NCBI GenBank assembly: GCA_965249555.1
Contig: OZ252243.1
Span: 1,376,001 to 1,440,000 of the forward strand
DNA: 64,000 bases
Reading direction: 5' to 3'
From: Nitrosopumilus sp.
GTDB lineage: Archaea; Thermoproteota; Nitrososphaeria; Nitrososphaerales; Nitrosopumilaceae
Below, piece by piece: positions 9,166 to 19,500 of this stretch (the stretch's first letter is position 1; each line of letters begins with the position of its first letter). A model generated the notes under the pieces. It saw only the letters and a list, made by a program, of their open reading frames with translations. It was not told the origin of the DNA and searched no databases. Made by a program: the position numbers and the translations under genes.

Positions 9166-9962
9166 ATATTAGTTTGGAATTTGTTTCTAGATGCTACAAT
9201 AACTGCCATTATGCCAACAATTAGGATTATCATTACAATAGTGCCAAATTCAGGAACAACATAAGTTCCAATAATTTCAATATCTGAATCCCCTTCTTCA
9301 AAATTAATTGTTATCACTCTAGACTTTTGGTGTACTAGAGATTCTTTATAGGCAACTTCTATTCCATCTATCAGAATAATAAAAGCAACATCTTTACCAT
9401 CCTGTTTCTCAGCTCCTATGAACTCTCTAGGCAAATCTAATGTGATGGTTCCCTCGTCTGTTGCATCAATTTGTACTATTATTGCAAAAGTATCTGAATC
9501 TACTATCATATCCTTAACTGTACCTCCTTTGATGGTATACTCTACATCAAATGTTCCAAAACTCCCTGCATCTACGTCAAAATGACTTGTGGTTTCAATT
9601 GACTCTGATTCAGGAGTATAATTAAATGCAGTTTCTATTATTTCATCTTGATAGGATGCTCTGACTATGTATTCTCCACCGGTTTTCCATAACGCGCCTT
9701 CTGCAAGAACTGTTTCTGTGAAGCTGCCATCTTGTGCTACTTGTAATTGTGCAATATGTGCGTATGCTGCATCATGAATAATTTGTATTAGTACTGGGGT
9801 TTTACCAATTACTGTATCTACACTACCTGATATTACAATAGTATCTCCTTCATCATAATGATTATCATCTGTTTGAATAGAAAGTAAAGATCCTTGAGCA
9901 AAAGCAGTTACAGTTGAAATAAAAAATAAAACTATGATGCCATAAATTATTCTGGTTTCCAC
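9162..9962 (-). CDS. PEFG-CTERM sorting-domain surface protein
   Basis: Signal peptide (AFAQ), Ig-like body, C-terminal VPEFG + TM helix + basic residues. Confidence 0.9.
   Translation of the reverse strand: METRIIYGIIVLFFISTVTAFAQGSLLSIQTDDNHYDEGDTIVISGSVDTVIGKTPVLIQIIHDAAYAHIAQLQVAQDGSFTETVLAEGALWKTGGEYIVRASYQDEIIETAFNYTPESESIETTSHFDVDAGSFGTFDVEYTIKGGTVKDMIVDSDTFAIIVQIDATDEGTITLDLPREFIGAEKQDGKDVAFIILIDGIEVAYKESLVHQKSRVITINFEEGDSDIEIIGTYVVPEFGTIVMIILIVGIMAVIVASRNKFQTNI
9256..9877. repeat. dispersed direct repeat, copy 1 (622 bp; copy 2 at 45943-46564)
   Basis: Manual alignment at constant offset 36687: 9 mismatches in 622 bp, no indels. Confidence 0.95.
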
Positions 9963-10033
9963 AAGTTTTCAAATGCCCATTTGTATATTTCTTTTACTAT
10001 CAAGAATGAAAAAATGAAAAAAGAGTTGTGATT

Positions 10034-10924
10034 TTAGTATCTTGGTATGATGCTAAGTCTTGACTTTGCAGATATTGCAATGATTGAGATAATTGCTACT
10101 GCTAGAATCATAGCTGCAATTGTGCCAAACTCTGGAATCACAAAGGTACCAATAATTTCAATTTGTTCAGTGCCTGCTGGGAACATGACTGTTACTTTGT
10201 TTCCATCAATTTCAACATCATCCCATTCTTCTCCGTCAACTAGTATCATGAAGATACCATCTATGACTGTAGTTTCTGGGTTTATTGTTAGTGTTCCATC
10301 ATCTTCAGCGTTGATGTTAATGACAATTGACTTATTATTAGTATTGAGCATTCCGCCAACTACAATTGCACCTGAAATACTGTATGGTATACATTGATCA
10401 CCTGCAGTTATATCATCAGCTCCACATTCTACTGGTGCTTCTGTTGTAGGTGTTGAGTAGTTTGGTGTCCATGCAACTCCACCAGTTAGTTCAACTTTTG
10501 CGCTGTTACTTTTTTCAGCACTACCATAGTTTACTTTAATGATGTAGGTACCATCATATTTCCACATTGCACCTGCTGTGCTTATTGTTGTCTCAAAACT
10601 TCCATCTTCTGCTACTGTGAGTTGATCAACTGTAACAAGGGAGTTTAATGGACTCACAACAGTTACTGTAATTGGAAATACAGATACATTTGCTACTTGA
10701 CCTGTTACCATAATCATGTCATTGTGACCATAATCTGTTTTATCTGTCCAAACAGATACTGGAATAGCTTTAAGTAATATCTCATTTGCTATTACTCTTG
10801 CATCTTCCATGGAACATCCTACACATGCTTCTGGAAGATCTCCTGCAGCATATGCTGATGACATGGTTAAAGTACCGACTGTAGTCAAAACAGCTAGTAG
10901 CGCGAACGACGTACGGTTGTTCAT
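10034..10924 (-). CDS. PEFG-CTERM sorting-domain surface protein
   Basis: Signal peptide, C-terminal IPEFGTIAAMILAVAIISIIAISAKSRLSIIPRY. Confidence 0.9.
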   Translation of the reverse strand: MNNRTSFALLAVLTTVGTLTMSSAYAAGDLPEACVGCSMEDARVIANEILLKAIPVSVWTDKTDYGHNDMIMVTGQVANVSVFPITVTVVSPLNSLVTVDQLTVAEDGSFETTISTAGAMWKYDGTYIIKVNYGSAEKSNSAKVELTGGVAWTPNYSTPTTEAPVECGADDITAGDQCIPYSISGAIVVGGMLNTNNKSIVININAEDDGTLTINPETTVIDGIFMILVDGEEWDDVEIDGNKVTVMFPAGTEQIEIIGTFVIPEFGTIAAMILAVAIISIIAISAKSRLSIIPRY

Positions 10925-10948
10925 CTTGTTGCGATTTACACCTATCTC

Positions 10949-10978
10949 TATTTATGTATATTTAAAAAGAGAAAAAAG
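10949..10978 (-). promoter_or_regulatory. 30-bp spacer element (U-rich terminator plus TATA-like box), identical to 11867-11896
   Basis: Minus strand CTTTTTTCTCTTTTTAAATATACATAAATA ending 25 nt before the ATG at 10924. Confidence 0.65.
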
Positions 10979-10986
10979 TTGTGATT

Positions 10987-11841
10987 CTAGTATCTTGGTA
11001 TGATGCTAAGTCTTGACTTTGCAGATATTGCAATTATTGAGATAATTGCTACTGCTAGAATCATGGCTGCAATTGTGCCAAATTCTGGGACTACAATGCC
11101 ATCTTTGATATCTACTTCAGTTAAAGCAGTATATTTTGGATCGTCATATTGTTGTGCAGTTACAGTGTAAAAGCCATCTTGTTTCCATAATGGTCCTCCT
11201 GTAGTAATCACAAAAGTGAATTCTCCATCGAGCATTGGTGATACTTGAGCAACTGATACTACATTTTCATTTGGTGCAGTTACAGTCAATGTAATGTCTT
11301 GACTTACTCTGTCGGTCATTCCGATAATTGTGATCATATCTGATCCTATTTCAGCTTCTGCATAAATTTCAATTCCTGCATCTCTAGTAGTGACGTTTGG
11401 TACAATAATTCCTGTATCTAAATTAGATTCAGTTACAGAAGTTTTTTCAGTCATACCATCATTTACTTCAACAAGAACATGTAGTGTATACAATGAATTT
11501 TCATGTACTGCTTGCATTGCTTCAATTTCATAAAATCCATTTTCAGTCCATGTTGGACCCACTATGAAATTTACCATAAATTCCCCATTATCGTTTGGTG
11601 AAACTTGCCATACAGCCACTACATTATTTCCACTTGGGGATGTCACTTTAAATGTAACATCTGTAATGTCTGAAACTGTTTTACCTGTTACAGTAATGGT
11701 ATCTGAATTTCTATCAGCCGTAGCTGTAATAGACATTCCTAGACTTTGAGCAAAAGCATCTTGCTGAATTGCGGCCACTGAAATTAATGACAGTGCCATA
11801 AGGGCTATTGCCATTGATGTTGTAGAACGTTTTAAATTCAT
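10987..11841 (-). CDS. PEFG-CTERM sorting-domain surface protein
   Basis: Signal peptide, two internal Ig-like repeats (V..VSP..GEF..TGGP.W..DGFY), same C-terminal PEFG tail. Confidence 0.9.
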   Translation of the reverse strand: MNLKRSTTSMAIALMALSLISVAAIQQDAFAQSLGMSITATADRNSDTITVTGKTVSDITDVTFKVTSPSGNNVVAVWQVSPNDNGEFMVNFIVGPTWTENGFYEIEAMQAVHENSLYTLHVLVEVNDGMTEKTSVTESNLDTGIIVPNVTTRDAGIEIYAEAEIGSDMITIIGMTDRVSQDITLTVTAPNENVVSVAQVSPMLDGEFTFVITTGGPLWKQDGFYTVTAQQYDDPKYTALTEVDIKDGIVVPEFGTIAAMILAVAIISIIAISAKSRLSIIPRY

Positions 11842-11866
11842 CCTAATTCAATCCAGATATCTTTGG

Positions 11867-11896
11867 TATTTATGTATATTTAAAAAGAGAAAAAAG
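11867..11896 (-). promoter_or_regulatory. 30-bp spacer element (U-rich terminator plus TATA-like box), identical to 10949-10978
   Basis: Same 30-mer, ending 26 nt before the ATG at 11841. Confidence 0.65.
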
Positions 11897-11903
11897 ATGA
11901 AAT

Positions 11904-12740
11904 TTAGTATCTTGGAATAATACTAAGTCTTGACTTTGCAGATATTGCAATTATTGAGATAATTGCTACTGCTAGAATCATGGCTGCAATTGTGCCAAAT
12001 TCTGGGACTACATATGTGCCGATTATTTCGATCTCTTCAGCTCCTGCTAGGAATGCTATGGTGAGTATTCTTTCTGTTGATGTGGTTGTTTCATCAAAGT
12101 CTCTTTCCTCTGCATCAATCAAGACAAAGAAGTCATCATCTTCACCATCGTTTGTTGCATCTAACACAGATCTAGGAATTGTGAGGGTCAGTGAGCCGTC
12201 TTCTGTGGCTTCAATAGAAATGATCAGTGAATTTGAATCCACATTAGGTGTGATATTTAGCAGTTTTCCACCAGTAATCACATATCCTATCAAATCACTA
12301 GAACCTTCAACTGATACAGTTGTATCAGTTACTGTAGATCCATCGTCATCACTTGGAGGTTCTACTGTAGAGCCACCAAATTCAAACGTTGTTGTTGCTG
12401 AATTAGCACTGTTGTCTCCATATTGAACTGTAACTATGTATGCTCCATCAGCTTTCATCAATGCACCTCCTGCAGCTACACTGGTGCTGAATTTTTTATC
12501 TTCACCAACTGTGAGCTGATCAATGGAAACAAGGTTCCCATTTGGTGCTATCACTATGAGAGATAGGGGGTATCCTCCTAGAAGTTGAACGACTTCTCCT
12601 GTAATTAGGATTGTTTCACCTTCTGAATAGGATGCTTTGTCTGTAGTTACTACAACTGAGCTTTGTCCAAATGCTGGTGCCATACCAATACTTACAATCA
12701 AAATTGCAGATAAGGCAAACACCGATAGATGAGCTTTCAT
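11904..12740 (-). CDS. PEFG-CTERM sorting-domain surface protein
   Basis: Likely start MKAHLS at 12740 (ORF track extends to 12809); signal peptide AFGQ; same PEFG tail. Confidence 0.9.
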   Translation of the reverse strand: MKAHLSVFALSAILIVSIGMAPAFGQSSVVVTTDKASYSEGETILITGEVVQLLGGYPLSLIVIAPNGNLVSIDQLTVGEDKKFSTSVAAGGALMKADGAYIVTVQYGDNSANSATTTFEFGGSTVEPPSDDDGSTVTDTTVSVEGSSDLIGYVITGGKLLNITPNVDSNSLIISIEATEDGSLTLTIPRSVLDATNDGEDDDFFVLIDAEERDFDETTTSTERILTIAFLAGAEEIEIIGTYVVPEFGTIAAMILAVAIISIIAISAKSRLSIIPRY

Positions 12741-12919
12741 CAATTTTACGCCTAAATTTAGACTATTTAAGGTTGTGAAAAAATTTATTGACAAAAAAAG
12801 AAAAAACACTCTTTGTGACGAATTTCAGATTAGATATATATTAACCTGAACGTGAATTTTTGACAGTTTGTGTGTATTCTTTATTGTTTCATTTAATGTT
12901 CTATTTGGAGGTGTCGTAG

Positions 12920-13171
12920 ATGGCAACTAAGAAAAATCAAGTTCTAGTGCCTGATCATATCTACGTACCAAAACATGAAATTATTCCCAAATCAGAAGGC
13001 GAAGAAATTTTAAAAAAATACAATTGCAACCCAACTGAATTACCATTAATCTTTGTAACTGATCCTGCAATTTTAGGACTTGGTGTAAAACCAGGTGATA
13101 TAATTAAGATTACCAGAAAAAGTACAACCTCTGGTGTGAGTCTCTATTACAGATATGTGGTGGAAGTATAG
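12920..13171 (+). CDS. rpoH: RNA polymerase subunit H (Rpo5)
   Basis: HIYVPKHEI, LPLI..TDP, GDIIKITRKS, YYRYV; GGAGGTG Shine-Dalgarno upstream. Confidence 0.97.
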   Translation: MATKKNQVLVPDHIYVPKHEIIPKSEGEEILKKYNCNPTELPLIFVTDPAILGLGVKPGDIIKITRKSTTSGVSLYYRYVVEV

Positions 13172-16100
13172 ATGGTACATTCTTCTAACAAACGTTGGCC
13201 GGTAATTCAAGATATCTTAAAACGTGAAGGTATTGCGCGTCAGCATCTTAACTCATTTGATGAATTTTTAGAACGAGGTCTTCAAAGTATTATCAACGAA
13301 GTTAGTCAAATAGACATTGAAAATGCTGAATATCCTTACAAGATTCAACTAGGTAAAGTCAAACTACAACAACCACGAATGATGGAACTTGACGGCTCTA
13401 TTACTCATATCACACCGGCTGAAGCAAGACTGCGAAATGTTTCATACTCTGCACCTGTAATGATGGAAGCCAGTGTTGTAGAAGATGGAAAAATTTTAGA
13501 ATCTAGATTTGTTCATATCGGCGATGTTCCAGTTATGGCAAAATCAAATGCATGCATCTTACATAATTTCTCTAATCAAAAATTAATTGAACACGGAGAA
13601 GATCCAAATGATCCTGGTGGTTACTTTATCATCAATGGTTCTGAGCGAGTCATTGTAGGATTAGAAGATCTTTCTTACAACAAAATTATTGTTGATAGAG
13701 AAACTGTAGGTGGAAATATTGTTTTCAAAGCTAAAGTTTATTCTTCAATTGTAGGTTATCGTGCAAAACTAGAACTTGTAATGAAAAACGATGGACTAAT
13801 TGTTGCTAGAATTCCTGGGTCTCCAGTTGATATTCCAGTTGTCATATTGATGAGAGCACTTGGATTAGAATCTGATAGAGAAATTGCTGGAGTAGTTTCA
13901 TTAGTAGATGATCTTCAAGATGAATTGGAAGGTTCATTTGAAAAAGCAGCTGACGTTGCAACATCAAAAGATGCAATTGTCTACATCAGTAAAAGAATTG
14001 CACCTGGAATGTTAGAAGAATTTCAGATAAAACGCGCAGAGACTTTACTGGATTGGGGATTGTTACCACACTTGGGCAAACATCCTGAAAATAGAAAAGA
14101 AAAAGCTCAATTCCTAGGTGAGGCAGCTTGTAAACTATTAGAATTAAAACTTGGATGGATTTTACCTGATGACAAAGATCACTATGGAAACAAAGTCATA
14201 AAATTTGCAGGACAAATGTTGGCAGATCTGTTTAGAACTGCATTTAGAAATCTTGTCAGAGACATGAAATATCAATTAGAAAGATCCGGCCAAAAACGCG
14301 GAATTAATGCAGTGGCTGCAGCAATTCGACCAGGAATTATTACTGATAAACTAAACAACGCTATTGCAACTGGAAACTGGGGACGTGGACGTGTTGGTGT
14401 TACTCAATTACTTGATAGAACCAATTATCTCTCAACAATTAGCCATCTTAGACGAATTCAATCTCCTCTTAGCAGAACTCAGCCAAATTTTCAGGCAAGA
14501 GACTTGCATGCAACCCACTTTGGAAGAATTTGCCCAAGTGAAACTCCAGAAGGCTCGAATTGTGGTTTGGTAAAAAACTTGGCACTATCTGGAATTATTT
14601 CAATTAATGTCCCTTCTGAAGAAATTGTGGAAAAACTTTATGATCTTGGAACAGTCCATTTCTTTGATGCAAAAGAGGATTTGAAAAAAGATGGAACTAG
14701 AATATTTGTTGATGGTCGTTTAATTGGATATTATAAAGATGGTGGGCAACTAGCTGAATCACTTAGGGACCTTAGACGAAACTCAAAGATTCATCCTCAT
14801 GTTGGAGTTTCATTTCACAAGTCTGACATTGAGGGTTCAACAAGAAGACTTTATGTAAATTGTAATGCTGGACGTGTCTTACGACCATTAATTATTATCA
14901 AAGATAACAAATCACTGCTAACACAAGAACTATTGGATAAAATTTCAAAGAAATTGCTTTCTTGGAATGATCTTTTGAGAATGGGTGTCTTGGAAATGAT
15001 TGATGCAAATGAAGAAGAAAATTGTTATGTTACTTTAGATGACAAAGACACAAAAAAGCATACTCACCTTGAAGTATTCCCACCAGCAATTCTAGGTGCA
15101 GGTGCTTCAATTATTCCATATCCTGAACACAACCAGTCTCCAAGAAATACATACGAATCTGCAATGGCAAAACAAAGCTTGGGATTTTCTACACCAATGA
15201 TGAATACTAGTACCTATGTTAGACAACACTTTATGCTATATCCACAAGTCCCAATTGTTAACACTAAAGCAATGAAACTTTTAGGATTAGAAGATAGACC
15301 AGCAGGTCAAAATTGTATTGTTGCAGTTCTACCCTTTGATGGTTATAACATTGAAGATGCCATTGTACTTAGTAAAGCATCAGTTGATAGAGGATTAGGA
15401 AGAAGTTTCTTCTTTAGAATTTATGATGCTGAAGCAAAACAATATCCGGGTGGAATGCGTGATAACTTTGAGATTCCTAATGCTGAAGATAACATACGAG
15501 GTTACAAAGGCGAGCGCGCATACCGATTACTAGAAGAAGATGGAGTTGTTGCATCTGAATCTCCAATTAAAGGAGGAGATATTTTAATTGGTAAAACTAG
15601 TCCTCCACGATTTATGGAAGAATACCGAGAGTTTGAATCAACTGGTCCCTACAGACGAGATACATCTATTGGTGTAAGACCATCTGAAACTGGAGTTGTA
15701 GATACTGTTGTTATGACTCAATCAAACGAAGGTGGGAAAATGTACAAAATTAGAGCAAGAGATATGAGAGTTCCAGAGATTGGTGACAAGTTTGCATCAA
15801 GACATGGACAAAAGGGTATACTTGGAATTTTAGCTAAAGCAGAAGATTTACCATACACTGCAACAGGAATGTCTCCTGATGTTTTGATTAATCCTCATGC
15901 ATTCCCATCAAGAATGACAGTTGGAATGATGATGGAATCAATTTGTGGAAAAGCTGCAGCATTTCGTGGAAAACGATTTGATGGTTCTGCATTTGTAGGA
16001 GAAAAAATGGATGAAGTTAAAGAAGTAATGGATGCACATAATTTCAAATATTCTGGTAAGGAAATAATGTATGACGGAAGAACTGGAAAATCATTTCCAG

Positions 16101-16519
16101 TTGACGTCTTTATTGGAGTTGTATATTATCAAAAACTTCATCACATGGTTGCAGATAAAATACATGCCAGAGCACGTGGACAAGTTCAGATGTTAACTAA
16201 ACAACCAACAGAAGGAAGAGCAAGAGGTGGTGGATTGAGATTTGGTGAAATGGAACGAGACTGTTTGATTGCTTATGGTGCTTCAATGATCTTAAAAGAT
16301 AGATTGCTTGATGAATCTGATAAATCTGATATCTTTGTTTGTGAACGATGTGGTTTGGTAGCATATCATGATGTTAAACAAAGAAAATATGTCTGCAGAG
16401 TTTGTGGAGATAAAGCCAAAGTATCATCTGTATCAGTAGCATATGCATTCAAACTACTCTTACAAGAGATGCAGAGTCTTAACATTGCACCACGATTATT
16501 AATCAAGGAGAAGGTCTAA
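13172..16519 (+). CDS. rpoB: RNA polymerase subunit B (Rpo2)
   Basis: GGYFIINGSER, CPSETPEG, GDKFASRHGQKG, GGLRFGEMERDC, C-terminal zinc finger. Confidence 0.99.
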   Translation: MVHSSNKRWPVIQDILKREGIARQHLNSFDEFLERGLQSIINEVSQIDIENAEYPYKIQLGKVKLQQPRMMELDGSITHITPAEARLRNVSYSAPVMMEASVVEDGKILESRFVHIGDVPVMAKSNACILHNFSNQKLIEHGEDPNDPGGYFIINGSERVIVGLEDLSYNKIIVDRETVGGNIVFKAKVYSSIVGYRAKLELVMKNDGLIVARIPGSPVDIPVVILMRALGLESDREIAGVVSLVDDLQDELEGSFEKAADVATSKDAIVYISKRIAPGMLEEFQIKRAETLLDWGLLPHLGKHPENRKEKAQFLGEAACKLLELKLGWILPDDKDHYGNKVIKFAGQMLADLFRTAFRNLVRDMKYQLERSGQKRGINAVAAAIRPGIITDKLNNAIATGNWGRGRVGVTQLLDRTNYLSTISHLRRIQSPLSRTQPNFQARDLHATHFGRICPSETPEGSNCGLVKNLALSGIISINVPSEEIVEKLYDLGTVHFFDAKEDLKKDGTRIFVDGRLIGYYKDGGQLAESLRDLRRNSKIHPHVGVSFHKSDIEGSTRRLYVNCNAGRVLRPLIIIKDNKSLLTQELLDKISKKLLSWNDLLRMGVLEMIDANEEENCYVTLDDKDTKKHTHLEVFPPAILGAGASIIPYPEHNQSPRNTYESAMAKQSLGFSTPMMNTSTYVRQHFMLYPQVPIVNTKAMKLLGLEDRPAGQNCIVAVLPFDGYNIEDAIVLSKASVDRGLGRSFFFRIYDAEAKQYPGGMRDNFEIPNAEDNIRGYKGERAYRLLEEDGVVASESPIKGGDILIGKTSPPRFMEEYREFESTGPYRRDTSIGVRPSETGVVDTVVMTQSNEGGKMYKIRARDMRVPEIGDKFASRHGQKGILGILAKAEDLPYTATGMSPDVLINPHAFPSRMTVGMMMESICGKAAAFRGKRFDGSAFVGEKMDEVKEVMDAHNFKYSGKEIMYDGRTGKSFPVDVFIGVVYYQKLHHMVADKIHARARGQVQMLTKQPTEGRARGGGLRFGEMERDCLIAYGASMILKDRLLDESDKSDIFVCERCGLVAYHDVKQRKYVCRVCGDKAKVSSVSVAYAFKLLLQEMQSLNIAPRLLIKEKV

Positions 16520-19500
16520 TGTCTGTTCAAGCAATAAAAGCAATTGATGGAATTAAATTCTCAGTATGGTCTCCAACTGAAATTAGAAAATATTCTGTTG
16601 CTGAAATTACTGCTCCTGAAACATATGATGAAGATGGAATGGCAGTTCAAGGAGGTCTTATGGATGGCAGACTTGGTACTCTTGAGCCTGGACAAAAATG
16701 TCTAACATGTGGAAACACTGCAGCAAGGTGTCCTGGACACTTTGGACATCTTGAACTTGCAGAACCTGTCTTACATATTGCATTCATTGATAATATCTAC
16801 AAACTGTTACAATCAACATGTCGTTCTTGTGCAAGACTCAAAGTTCCTCAAGAAGATTTAGACATATTCCAAAAAATTAAAACCAAACATGCTGCTTATA
16901 CTGTAATTTCTCAAAAACGTATTCCAGAACAAATCATAGAGAAAGCAAAAAAAGCAAAAGAATGTCCTCATTGTGGAAAAACGCAATACGAGTTAATCTT
17001 TACAAAGCCAACTATCTTTGTAGAGAAAACAGAAATTGGTGAACATAGATTACTTCCAATTACCATTAGAGAAAGATTTTCACAAATAATTGATGAAGAT
17101 TTAACATTATTATCATATGATCCTGTCACTGCTAGACCTGAATGGTTTATTCTTCAAGCATTTCCTGTTCCACCCGTAACTGTTAGACCATCAATCATTC
17201 TTGAAACAGGAATAAGATCCGAAGACGATTTAACCCACAAAATGGTTGATATCATCAGAGTTAATCAAAGACTAAAAGAAAGTAAAGATGCCGGAACCCC
17301 ACCACTAATTGTTCAAGACTTGGTTGACTTGTTACAGTATCACACTACAACATATTTTGATAACGAAGTTTCTGGAATTCCACAAGCTCATCATCGCTCT
17401 GGACGTCCTCTCAAAACACTAACTCAAAGACTAAAAGGAAAAGAAGGAAGATTTAGAGGCTCATTATCTGGAAAGAGAGTTGACTTTTCAAGCCGAACTG
17501 TTATCTCTCCAGATCCTAATTTGGATTTGTCTGAAGTTGGAGTTCCTACTGCCGTTGCCATGAAACTAACTATTCCTGAAATTGTTACAGAATGGAACAT
17601 TGAGAGAATGAGAAAACTTGTGATTAATGGACCTGAAACTTTCCCAGGGGTAAACTATATCGTTAGACCTGATGGTGTAAAGATTAGGTTAGATTTTGTA
17701 GAAGACCGTTCTATAATTGCTGAAACACTTGAGAATGGATATTTAATTGAAAGACATCTTGACGATGGTGATATTGTGATGTTTAACAGACAACCATCAC
17801 TCCATCAAATGTCTATTATGGCTCACTATGTTAAAGTACTTCCAGGTAAAACTTTCAGATTACATCCTTCTGTATGTCCTCCATACAATGCAGACTTTGA
17901 TGGTGATGAGATGAACCTTCATGTTCCTCAAAGTGAAGAAGCAAGAGCAGAAGCAATTCTTTTGATGAGGGTTCAGGATCAATTAATCTCTCCAAGATAT
18001 GGTGGTCCAATTATTGGTGCACTAAGAGACTTTGTTACTGGTGCATATCTTCTCACTAAAGATGATACAACATTGTCTACCCAAGAATTTTCAAACCTTG
18101 CAATGCTTGGTAACTATACTGGTCAACTTCCTAAACCTGCTACTAAAACAAAAGATGGACTCGCATATACTGGAAAACAACTATTTTCATTATTCCTTCC
18201 CAAAGACTTCAACTATGTTCTCACATCAAAATGGTCAAAGGGAACAGGAGGAAAACCAAAAGATGTTGTAATTAAAAATGGTGAATTAATCAGTGGTGTA
18301 ATTGATAAAACATCCATTGGTGCAGAAGAACCAGAAAGTGTGTTACATAGAATTGTAAAAGACTATGGAAATGAAGTTGGAAAAAATTTCCTTAACTCTA
18401 TTCTGATTATGGTTAAACAATTCATCACACATTATGGTTTTAGCTATGGTTTTGGTGATCTTGAAGTTCCAGAAAAAAATAGACAACAAATTCTAGATGA
18501 TATTAAATCAACTTATGATATAGTTTCTGACTTGACTCGTCAATATGAAAAAGGAACTCTAAAACTCACAAGAGGTATGAGACCTGAAGAGGCCTTAGAG
18601 GCATACATTGTAAATGAACTAGGTAAAGCAAGAGACAAAGCAGGATCTACTGCAAATGATTCTCTTGATGATAGCAATGCTGGAAAAATTATGGCTACCA
18701 CTGGTGCAAGAGGTTCATCCCTAAATGTGGGTCAGATGGCAGGTGCCTTGGGTCAACAATCAAGAAGGGGAGATAGAATGAATGATGGTTACCATAATCG
18801 AGCATTGACACATTATGTAGAAAATGACCCCAATCCTGATGCACATGGATTTGTGAAATCCAATTATAGGGAAGGTCTCTCTACATTAGAATTCTTTTTC
18901 CATGCAATGGGTGGTCGTGAAGGACTTGTAGACACTGCAGTTAGAACACAACAAAGTGGTTACATGCAACGTAGACTAATTAACGCATTAGAACACATTA
19001 GACTAGAATATGATGGGACAGTACGAGATCCACACGGTCACATTGTTCAATTCCTTTATGGTGAAGATGGAATCGATGTAGCAAAAAGTGATCATGGTGA
19101 AGCATTTAACGTTGAGAGACTAGCTGAATCTCAAACCCTTATTGATTCTGGAAAGAAAGCCACAAAAGATGAAATTGATACTCTTACTAAGAAATATACA
19201 AAGACGTTTAATCCAAGATTAACTTCACTCGTAATTGACACCTTACAGAAATCTGGCATGAGTAAAGACGGTGTAGAAACTGTATGTAAGAAAGGACTTT
19301 TACTTTACAATAAAGCGCAAGTAGAACCTGGACAAGCAGTAGGAATTGTCACTGCTCAATCAATTGGTGAACCTGGTACTCAGATGACTTTGAGAACTTT
19401 CCACTTTGCAGGAATTAAAGAAAGAAATGTCACATTGGGTCTTCCAAGACTAATTGAATTAGTTGATGCAAGAAAGAAACCTGTCACTCCAACTATGGAT

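Noticed and set aside
9256-9877. Diversity-generating retroelement TR/VR pair with 45943-46564
   Set aside because: Mismatches are not adenine-specific on either strand, the repeat is much longer than a typical TR, and there is no reverse transcriptase in the window
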